A DNA stretch of 62,819 bases, filler included, from Craspedostauros australis (lineage: Eukaryota), in NCBI GenBank assembly GCA_030167865.1. It is 11 parts of 11 records of this genome, joined end to end, with 100 filler letters (N's around TTAATTAATTAA, not from the genome) between each part and the next. Parts side by side here need not be neighbours in the genome. Positions count along the whole stretch, not along the records: positions 10,818 to 12,477 come from JALAGF010005766.1; positions 12,578 to 14,058 come from JALAGF010005767.1; positions 14,159 to 15,697 come from JALAGF010005768.1; positions 15,798 to 27,279 come from JALAGF010005769.1; 7 more parts are not named here. One strand, written 5' to 3'. Numbering within the stretch: position 1 is the stretch's first letter; each line of letters begins with the position of its first letter. The position numbers and the translations under genes are program-made. Below are positions 11,741-21,769 of this stretch, piece after piece. The notes beneath the pieces were generated by a model. It ran no database searches. It saw only the letters and a list, made by a program, of their open reading frames with translations, and was not told the DNA's origin.

Positions 11741-12577
11741 TGCGTGCACTCACAGGTAGTGGCACATACTGAAGTGCTGGCTTTGTCTCATGTTGATGTT
11801 ATATGTGGTTCCCTGGATGATGTTGAGATGCAGATCCAGCCCCTTGGGGAGCAGANNNNNNNNNNNNNNNNNNNNNNNNNNNNNNNNNNNNNNNNNNNNN
11901 NNNNNTGTCATCTGCGCTTCTATCAATGGTTGATTGCAACAGAGATGGGCTGGCAAACTTGGTTGGGCTGCTTGCTGATGCTTGATCCATACAGAGCTGG
12001 ACTGGCACTGAATGAAGGATCTCTCCTGGCTGAGGCAAAGTGCCTTGCCATTGCTGATTGATCCATGTGGCAAATAGTTGGCTTGACCCATGTTGAGCAG
12101 TTGCGTTCAATGCTGCTGTTGCTCAACCTGGAGGAAAGCACTGTGCATTGTTGGCTCATGGAATTGGTGTGGTCAGATGGAGAAGTCTGCTGGGGTAGAT
12201 TTGATGAGCTGTTGTAGGAAGACCACACATCCCTGTTGACACTACCTCATGGATTGGTGGGCTGTTGGGTGGACCACTCTCCAAGAAATCACAGTAGGTG
12301 GGCATTGGTGGCAGATGTGCTGTTCAATCTTTGCTGTCATTGTTGATTGGAGACATGAGAGACTCATGGAAAAATACAACGTATGGGTGACCGATGTCAT
12401 ATGCAAGCATGCTCTCTGCTTGGAATTGTGGAGGATTGGAAGCAGGATGCAATTTGGGTGTTGCTGTTGCTTCCTTGNNNNNNNNNNNNNNNNNNNNNNN
12501 NNNNNNNNNNNNNNNNNNNNNTTAATTAATTAANNNNNNNNNNNNNNNNNNNNNNNNNNNNNNNNNNNNNNNNNNNN

Positions 12578-14058
12578 TGCCTCCTTTCGGCTTGGGGTCC
12601 GTGATGGCGTCAGCTGCGGCTTGAGAGACGGCTGCTGCCATGTTCGCTGCTTCAGCGTTGGTTTCGGCTGTCAACGTTGCCTCTTGGAGACGGAGGTTTT
12701 CAGTCCGAATGGTCTCGAGCTGTGCTTGCAGCTCTTCCATCGTTGGGTTGGGTTCCTCTTCCGCCATGATGGGCGGTGTCGGGTCCTTGAGGGGTCTTCT
12801 GACTTCGAAGGGATCGATCTGTTCTGCGTTCTACTGCTCTTGCTTCGACTTCACTTCGTTTTGAAGTTGTGCACTGAAGTACGATGCTGGCTTTAGAGAA
12901 GGCAGGCGCCTGGTCTGCAGGCGCGGTTGAGCTTGCTTGAGCAGAGGCTACTGCGGTCCGATGTTCTGATCGGCTATCGTCAGTTTGGACTTTATAGTCC
13001 TCTCGAGATGCTCGGTTTTCGAGCTGTGAAGCTTAGTGTCCACCTTGGACCTGAGGGTCCGATTGGTGTTGCTCGGTTTGCGAGCTGTGGAGCTTGGTGT
13101 CCACTCAGGACCTGAGGGTCCTTGCAGTTTGCTCGGTTTGCGAGCGTAGCTTTGGGGCTTGGTCTCAATGAGACCTTGCGAGCGGTTGGCAGAGGAAGAT
13201 GCTCAGAAGAGTTGGTGAATGTTAGTGTAACCACTTGCAGCTACCAGTTGGATTTTCGTGTGCTGTTGTGACACGATCCGGATGGGATGGCCTAGTTGAC
13301 TGCCAGATTCAGGGAATCTGATGATGAAATCAACGTTGGGCGACCGTCTGGAGATTAGTAGTTAGTGACAATGGAGTAGATGAGTGTTGTAGTGCTGATC
13401 TTGAGTTGTGCTATATGTTATTTGAATAGTCTGCATTGTGAGTTGATCAGTTTGAGATNNNNNNNNNNNNNNNNNNNNNNNNNNNNNNNNNNNNNNNNNN
13501 NNNNNNNNGAGCTTAGTGTCCACTTTGGACCTGAGGGTCCGCTTGGTATTGCTCGGTTTGCGAGCCGTGGAGCTTGGTGTCCACTCTGGACCTGAGGGTC
13601 CTTGCAGTTTGCTCGGTTTGCGAGCGTAGCCTTGGGGCTTGGTCTCTAAGAGACCTTGCGAGCGGTTGGCAGAGGAAGATGCTCAGTAGAGTTGGTGAAC
13701 GTTGGTGTAACCACTCGCAGCTACCAGTTGGATTTTCGTGTGCTGTTGTGACACGATCCGGAAGGGATGGCCTAGTTGACTGCCAGATTCAGGGAATNNN
13801 NNNNNNNNNNNNNNNNNNNNNNNNNNNNNNNNNNNNNNNNNNNNNNNNNNNNNNNNNNNNNNNNNNNNNNNNNNNTGATCTTGAGTTGTGCTATTTGTTA
13901 TTTGAATAGTCTGCATTGTGAGTTGATCAATTTGAGATGTAGGATGAAGAAACGATAGTTGGTCTGAATGGTGTGGCTCTGCACTGACCTTCAGAGGTTC
14001 AGTGCTGAGGGCGGACGGGTCCTCTCTTTCTCTCTTTCTCCAGTATCTCATCGTAGTA
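12578..14058 (-). mobile_element. Probable 5' leader and gag N-terminus of an LTR retrotransposon
   Basis: ORF from 12767 (MAEEEPNPTMEELQAQLE..DPKPKGG, coiled-coil-like) runs into the spacer. Upstream non-coding leader carries ~60-bp hairpin repeats. No diagnostic domain is visible, so the assignment is an inference. Confidence 0.45.
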
Positions 14059-14158
14059 NNNNNNNNNNNNNNNNNNNNNNNNNNNNNNNNNNNNNNNNNN
14101 NNTTAATTAATTAANNNNNNNNNNNNNNNNNNNNNNNNNNNNNNNNNNNNNNNNNNNN

Positions 14159-15697
14159 GGGCAGAGGCAGCAAGGAACGCAACGCAGATCGAGAACATCA
14201 TCGAGACTAAGTCGAGAGAACCTGCATGCCTGCTACTCAATGACAGACCCCAACCTATGCGGAAGGATTGCGTATCTTCGGAGAGATCGGAATGGTCTAC
14301 ATCGGCAGTCGCGCAATCAAAGCGAAACTGGATGACAGGTCCAAGCCAGCCATGTTCGTCGGGTACGGACNNNNNNNNNNNNNNNNNNNNNNNNNNNNNN
14401 NNNNNNNNNNNNNNNNNNNNNNNNNNNNNNNNNNNNNNNNNNNNNNNNNNNNNNNNNNNNNNNNNNNNNNNNNNNNNNNNNNNNNNNNNNNNNNNNNNNN
14501 NNNNNNNNNNNNNNNNNNNNNNNNNNNNNNNNNNNNNNNNNNNNNNNNNNNNNNNAAGGTTACTTGGGAGAATGACACGAGTATCGCAAGAGAAGCGAAG
14601 GCCGTATCATCTGATCGAAGCAGAGAGCCCGGAACCGACTACGAAGATATCGCAGGCTATACATCGAAGCAAGATGAACTGCTACCTGCCCAAGGAGACG
14701 ATCCATCGGACGATGAAGACGACGATGAATCCGGAAGGGACGACANNNNNNNNNNNNNNNNNNNNNNNNNNNNNNNNNNNNNNNNNNNNNNNNNNGGCAA
14801 CCACGAGAATCCTAATCACCAGAGACGTGACATGGATGAACCAGTCGTACGGGCAATTCAAAGGTGTTGAGAACGCCAATAGAACACAAATGATGGATCT
14901 GGAAGACGACGACTTCGATGCCGGAGCAGCACTCCGCAATACAAAGGTTACTTGGGAGAATGACACGAGTATCGCAAGAGAAGCGAAGGCCGTATCATCT
15001 GATCGAAGCAGAGAGCCCGGAACCGACTACNNNNNNNNNNNNNNNNNNNNNNNNNNNNNNNNNNNNNNNNNNNNNNNNNNNNNNNNNNNNNNNNNNNNNN
15101 NNNNNNNNNNNNNNNNNNNNNNNNNNNNNNNNNNNNNNGTGACTCGAAGACAAGCCGCCGAAGGCAGAGAGATCGAGCAACCCCCAGCAAGACCTGTGGC
15201 AAAGATGTCAAGGATGCTACGGGGTTTGGTCCCGTACAACAATCCACCAGGATATGAATCCGACTCAAAATCAAGCAGTGGAGAGGATGAACCAGCTGAG
15301 ACAGCTGAGACGATCCATGCAACTACAGGGGAACGAGACTTCCATTCGAACATATCCATGTTCAATCGAGACGTGGCGAGTCTAATGATCGACACCACGG
15401 AAGGGAGAATGAGGCTGGATGAGTTCATCGCAGCAAGCCAACGAGTNGAAAGAGGGGATTGGAACGANACGTCCGAGCATGCATACACGGCTANNATGCT
15501 GGACCCNACCACCTTCGAGGAATGCTGGGATCATGCAGATCCAGCGAAGCGAAGGAAGTGGCGGGAGGCCATCAATAAGGAGTTCCACGATATGGTGAGA
15601 CGAGGAGTCTGGGAGAAGATCAAGAAGAACAAGATGCCGAGGGATCGGCGATGTGTGAAAACGAAATGGGTCTTCAAGGAGAAGAGAAATGGAGTCT
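14159..15697 (+). mobile_element. Ty1/copia pol fragment (integrase C-terminus to RT N-terminus)
   Basis: AEAARNA, LRIFGEIG, KAKLDDRSKPAMFVGY, ILITRDVTWMN, TTFEECWDH..WREAINKEFHDM..VWE..CVKTKWVFKEKRNG. Broken by gaps. Confidence 0.9.
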
Positions 15698-15797
15698 NNN
15701 NNNNNNNNNNNNNNNNNNNNNNNNNNNNNNNNNNNNNNNNNTTAATTAATTAANNNNNNNNNNNNNNNNNNNNNNNNNNNNNNNNNNNNNNNNNNNN

Positions 15798-18700
15798 GTC
15801 GAGGTCTCCGTGTAGGAATGCTGTTACGACATCGACGAGTGCGCAGTCCATCTTCTTGATCAGCATGATCACCATCATGACTCGATATGTCACATCATGG
15901 ATGACGGGTGAGTAATGCTCTTGGAAGTCTACTCCTGCGACTTGTGAATAGCCACATGCAACGAGCCGCGCTCGATGTGTGCCGTCACGCTTCAGCTTGA
16001 AGACCCATTTGCATTTGCAGCATCTACGGCCGCGTGGAATGGTGTCTCGTTTGATCTTGCTGTACACCTTTCGTGTATCCATGGAGTCGAACTCCTTCTT
16101 GATGGCTGCTCGATATCCCTTTCGATGGATGGGATCTGGGTGATTGAAGGCTCCATCGAATGTCGTTGGTTCGATGTGCTTCTCTGGTTCCTTGTTCTCG
16201 TCTTGCATCGACAGTCCGATGTCGATCGTTGGTGACTCGGTGATGATTGCGTTCATCCCGTATAGTCCTGTTGTGCTATGATGAGTGATTTCGATCTCTT
16301 CATCTTCGTCTACGATTTCTTCGTCATCTGTAGTTTCGTTGTTGGACTCGTCAGTTATCTCGTCGCTGAGTTCATCACTGTCTTCATTGGATGATGATTT
16401 GCTCTCATAGCCTTCTTCCTTTCGACCTCGTTCGTTGAAGTCTGCGAGCTCACGCAGAGCTCTAGGAATGCTCTTCCCTGTAGTTGACTTGGGATTAGTT
16501 TCTCCCTTCCTGACTTGTGCTTCATGACATCGGATCCTCTCCTTTCTAGCCATGTCACGCTTGTTTGGTTTGGTTGGTGGAGGTCTCGATGGTGTGTCAT
16601 GTGTAGACCTCGCTGGTGTGTTCGGAGGAGTGACGCCTGTGTCATCGTCGGCTTCGTCGCCGGATGGTTGGATTTCGTCATCCTCCTGATTGGATTCGCT
16701 CCAATCTTCGTCGTCGTTATGGATTAGTTGAGTTACTGTTCCATTGTCCTCGTCATCCTCATCATCACTGTCTGATAGGATGAGATACCTGTTGCTGTCA
16801 GCGAAAGATACTCTCTTCGCTTCTGATGTTTGACGCATTGCCGTCTTTGGCGTTACTCCCTTCCGTCCAATGGTTGTGAAGCTGTCTGCGTCTGTTGTTC
16901 CTACTTTGCTGGATATGTTCGGTGCTGGTGCCCAGCCACGGAACTGTCCATATGATTGGTTGAGCCATTTGATGTCGCGAGAACAGACCAGTGACTTTGT
17001 TGATGGCCTGTACATGTTGTAGACTCCTGATGCATGTTGGTGTGCATATCCAATGAACACCATCTCTTCTCCTCTGTTCTTGAGTTTGGCGGTGATCCCG
17101 CCGTAGGTAGTCTTCACAACACCTACCTCTCCAAATGTGCGGAGTGCATCCGCGTATGGTGGATCACTGCCGAAGAATTTGCGATGTGGTGACTCCTTCT
17201 GATTCTTCGCTACGGTGATGTTGGCGATGGCGGTGGCAGTGCTCGCAGCTGCTGCCCACAGGCCATGCCTATACTCTTCGTCGAGTTGTGCTCCGTTGAG
17301 CATGGAGCGGATCTTGGTGTAGAGGTACACGAACTTGCGTTCCACTCTGCCGTTCTGTTGCGGCGTGTTCGATGCCGTGAACTCGAATTTCACGTTGAGT
17401 CCTGCATTGATGAGAGTATATTGCGTGGATTTGTTCTCTCCGCTGTTGTCTCCTTGGAAGATGATTTGTTGATCACCAGTCTGTGACTTGATCGTCTGGA
17501 CGAATCGTTTGATGTATCCTGGTTGGTCACTCTTGTTCTTGAGAAAGAAACTCCAGCAGTGATCCGTGCAGTCGTCCACAATCAGGGTCCAGTAGCGTTT
17601 ATCTCCGAAGCTTATGTGTTTAGTGTAACTAATGTCAATGAAGAGACGTTCGCCGTGGCGAGTTGCTCTTGGGATTGTCGCCTTCGAGATGTTCTTCACT
17701 CTTGCGTTCGCGACCGCGCAGTCGCGACATACCGGCATCTCGCCAATGATCTTCCATCCGTATTGGGCGGCTGTCCGCTTCATGGTTTCGAGTAGCGCGT
17801 GGCCAAGCATTCGATGCAAGTTCATCGCGCTGATCTCCTTGGATAGATTCTTGATGATGGCTGTGCAAGCCTTGTCGTCGTCCGTTGGCATGATGGGGTG
17901 CATCTGCACTCCCGTGATGAATCCGTTGGATGTGGGGAAGACTCGATCGAACACGATCTTCGTTCCGGATCCGTTGATGATGTCCATCAGAATGCCNTTG
18001 TTACCAAGCTGGTAACCGTTGTACAGAGCCTTGTTCGTGGAGAAAAGGTTCACCGCCATTTTCGGTGTGTACTTCACATCATTGAGCCGGATGATGTAGC
18101 CAGTGTTGTCTCGCTGCTTGACCTTCAAGCGAATGGATCCCATCTTGGGAGAGTCCAGCTTCGTGCTGTCTCCCACTTGGATAAAGGATTTGATGTGCCG
18201 CATGTTGAAGAGGGCGGCGTCCGAATTGACGATGTGACACGAAGCTCCGCTGTCGGCAAGCCAGGTGTCCTTGTTGACCTTGTCCTTGTGCTTGGTGCTC
18301 AGTTCGTGGAGCTGCTCCACGGCTGCTGCAGCTATTTCGTCGTTGAAGTTGCCGTCATCTTCGTCTTCGTGAACTCCGTCTTCATTGTATGGATGGTGGT
18401 GATCCTCATCATCCATATCGTTGGGTAGTTGCGCGTAGTCCGATGGAATCGTACTGTTCCGATGTGATCCTGTGACTGGATCATAAGGGTTGACGCGTGG
18501 TCGTTCGCGTAAGAGTACGCGCATGCATCCTCCAAGGATATAGTGCAGATCCGTCTCTGGGATCGTCTCTGTATCAGCCGCTTCCAGTATGCGATTGATG
18601 ACGACCGAGTTGGCGAGAATCTCTTCGATTGATCTGAAGTTCTCGGATAGGATGGATCCCATCATGTTCACCCATATTGGTCTGAGCACTCCTTGTGCAA

Positions 18701-19509
18701 CTCCTGGGAACAGTTTCACTCCTGCTTCCATTACGGCATCGAAGATGAGTTGCTTCTGGATTATCAATGCTGTTGCCGTTGCGTATGGGATGGTATCATG
18801 ACGATGGAGGTAGTTTGAGCTGTTGGGATTCTCAATCGGTGGGAAGTCGATATTCCCTGGGTAGACGACACGCTCATTTGGGTTGAAGCTGTCGTCTGGA
18901 TGGTCTTCGGTTTCGTCGCTGTCATCTTCATCGAAGATGCCCGATCTGTTGTTCCCCGCCGCTGGAGGAGGTGGTGCTGCGCCGCCGTTCGTTTCGTCTT
19001 GGCCTCTATCAATCTCGTTGGTCTCATCGTCGGCCTCTTCACTCATGGCCTCTTCGATGTCGCTATCGATGGCCTCGTTGCCCATCTCGGCTCTGTCGCC
19101 GTATGGACCGATCAGGTTGTTTGCGTTGAAGCAGCATTTGTAGCTCACTTCGCGTCTTGGATCCACCTCGTGGATGATTGGCTCCTCGCTGAGCCACTCC
19201 GGGACGATCTCATCGTCCTGCACTTCGTTGTCACTCCCGACGTACTCGAAGTTATCAAAGAAGGAGTCTTCAATGTAGTCGTCGGACACTAACATGCAGA
19301 GCGGCATGTCCTTTGCCAAGAGTACCATCTCGTGCCCGCTCTTGTCGTGTCCTTCCGTTGCTGTGTTGGCCTGTTCGTCGGCCTTCTTCTTCTCATTGAA
19401 CTTCTTCTTTCGGCACTCCGCCTCACGATGCCCAAAGATGCCACAGTAGTTGCACTTCCCATTGAAACCGCTTCCCTTGTTTCGGTTGTTGTTGCGTTTT
19501 CCGTTCATC

Positions 19510-19542
<33 letters not shown>

Positions 19543-20774
19543 TTCTCGTTGTTCGATTTCTTGCGTTCTGGGCAATCGGCGGATCTGTGACCATACACGC
19601 CACAGTTGTGACAAGTACCCTTGAAGTTACCGGTGCTCGTGAAGCCGGTGTCGTTGCCCTTCATGTTACTGTCTTGGAAGTCGTCGACGTATGCTTTGCC
19701 TCCTCTGTGCGTGGCGTATGCAGTGCGGAGTACTCCTCTGATCGCGTTGATGGTAATCAGTTCCGGATTGAACGTGAGTTGATGTTGGAAGTTCACGATG
19801 TGGGTTCTGTACTCGCTGCTCACCGTGCTGAGGATTTGCATGATCATTTCCTCGTCCGTGATCTTGTACTTGACATCGTGGAGACGCGATCGTAGACCCT
19901 CAAGTCGCGTGATGTAGATGTCGGGGTCCAAGTCTCTCTTCATCTTTTCGTTGTTGAACTGACGCTTGAGTTTGATCTTCGTCGCTGCGTCGGATGGACG
20001 GAACTTCTCCGCGAGAACGTTTCACGCTCCGTGTGCGTCTCCTTCAGGGTAGTCGTCGGAGATGCATTGGTTGATGTACTGGATGGCTTGCTTACCTTTT
20101 CCTTTCTCTGCATCCATCATGAGGATCAGATCGCTGAAGCAGTCGCATCCCAGCTTGTAGATCTCCTCCATCGCTTCCTTGTCTCCATCGGCGGCTGCCG
20201 CGATCTCGCTCACTGTTGGCACCTTGGTCTTGCCCAACATCACGTCTCTCGTCTTCTGTGCACGAGCGTATGCTTTCGCTTGGGACTCCCATGCGCTATA
20301 GTCTTCCTGTTCACCGCTGAACATCGGCGCCTTGATGCGTCGCTTGTTCATGTTGGCTGATGTCGCCATGTTGGTTCGTTGTTTCGTTGTTGGTGCGCTC
20401 GCGCCCTTGATTTCCGTCGGTTTCTGTGTTGTCGATTCTTCGATTTTCGCTTGTTGTTTCGCGAGGATTGATTTGCTCACAAATTCTCCTCCTGGTGGTG
20501 TCTCACTTTTCCCACCCTGTTTGGCTGTGCGAATGCTCTCCGTCACACCAGTCTCCTCTTGTTTGGTCGCCTTGAGAATCCTCTTCTCCTCGCGATGTAG
20601 TCTCGCAGACCGTTCTTCTTCGGTCTCGTCGATTGCGCTTGCGTCTGCGCCTGATAGGACAGTAGCCACGGCTGCTTCCTTCTCTTGTTGTGGTGGAGTC
20701 TCACTCGCACCTTCTTCTCTCTTGATAGCTGGATTGGACAGAGGGATGTCTTTCAATTCCTCTTCCTCGCTCAT
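15798..20774 (-). pseudogene. Copia gag-pol polyprotein with one premature TGA in gag
   Basis: ORFs 20022..20774 and 15750..19943 are in the same frame, separated by GDAHGA*NVLAEKFRP. Two CCHC knuckles, protease WLADSGAS, integrase LHRMLGH..CRDC and FIDIS/GDNSGE/NGRVER, RT KWVFKLK..RARLVACGYSQ..DVVTAFLHG. Confidence 0.93.
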
Positions 20775-20843
20775 TCAGCCTGCTGCTCTTGAATGATGTT
20801 CGTCTTCCTCGCACGATCCGATCCACGGGCTCGCCTTGATCTA

Positions 20844-20857
20844 TCGTTTATAAACGA
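20844..20857 (-). promoter_or_regulatory. 14-bp perfect palindrome TCGTTTATAAACGA at the primer-binding-site position
   Basis: Directly follows the LTR end ..GGAACTTGCCAAC on the minus strand; no TGG-type tRNA PBS is present. Confidence 0.75.
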
Positions 20858-20963
20858 GTTGGCAAGTTCCGCTCACGGTAACCTACGATCGTGGACGATG
20901 GTGGTTGTTGATAGTCGTTTGTTTGCTATTTCATTGCATTGGCACTCTGATCCTCTTGGTGTC

Positions 20964-21769
20964 TGTCAGGAATCGAGGGTACAACTATGTCGTGATATCC
21001 TAGATTGCCGCACCTCCCATAATACCAAAAATAGACTAGTCGATCTACCAAAGTTGGACACACTCCCAAGTCGATTGTGAGCCATCCTTCTCTGTGTGTC
21101 AAGAGTATGACGGACAACGGACAGACGAATGACATGATGTGTTCGTGATGACTAACGGACAAATATGGCGAACAATGGATGCAAAAGAGAGACTGGAATA
21201 CTGGAATGTTCTAAACATGACAGTTGACCGGTGGAACAAACATCTATGCGAAAGCGCTACCAGAATCTTGTCCCTCAGAACTCAGAACACGATCGTGTGA
21301 ATGACGGAGAACCGCGAAGGAGAACAAAGCGCGGATCGGAACATCATCGAAGGATTGGGCTGATCGTGCTAGAACATGATGTTCTGACCCAAGTGTGATC
21401 ATTGGTGAACATGTGAGCAAAGTGAGTGAACAACGCAAAAGAGTGCACTGAACGGGTGATTGGTGTCGGATTGGAAGAGAGTGAAACTTGACATCAGCAT
21501 GCATGTACTGCAGGAGTGTAGAAGGGAATCACCATGGAGGAACATGATGAAATACGCCTGAGATGCATGATGAGATGTGCATGATGAACAAGCTTTGCAA
21601 TGATGAATACAGGAGCAACTAAAGGGTGCTACTGCTATTATCATGGGCAATGGATTTGAAGATGCAAGAAATGAAGAGGATGTTCTCACAGTTCCAACAA
21701 TGCAACAACAGGAATAGGTAATCAGATACTACTACTAACTAGAGACTGGGTTACCCCGGATTTCCAACA
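20964..21769 (+). mobile_element. LTR of a second family (TG..CA, 806 bp), opposite in orientation to the adjacent copia
   Basis: Begins TGTCAGG exactly where homology with the 8625-9489 LTR stops and ends GGATTTCCAACA. The last ~85 bp are nearly identical to 60788-60868. No 5-bp TSD (gtgtc vs atggg). Confidence 0.65.

Larger units (their letters stand above)
15798..20963 (-). mobile_element. Ty1/copia (CoDi-like) retrotransposon, 5' part: residual U5, palindrome, gag-pol to mid-RT
   Basis: Residual LTR 20963-20857 matches the end of the LTR at 8625-8731, followed by a palindrome at 20857-20844 and gag-pol from 20774. Confidence 0.93.

Noticed and set aside
13029..13940. ~430-bp duplication resembling paired LTRs
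   Set aside because: The copies abut a 50-N gap and differ by scattered SNPs; likely two haplotypes or repeat copies scaffolded in series.
14556..15030. Duplicated KVTWENDTSIAREAK segment in copia pol
   Set aside because: Bounded by gaps; an assembly overlap is more likely than a real duplication.
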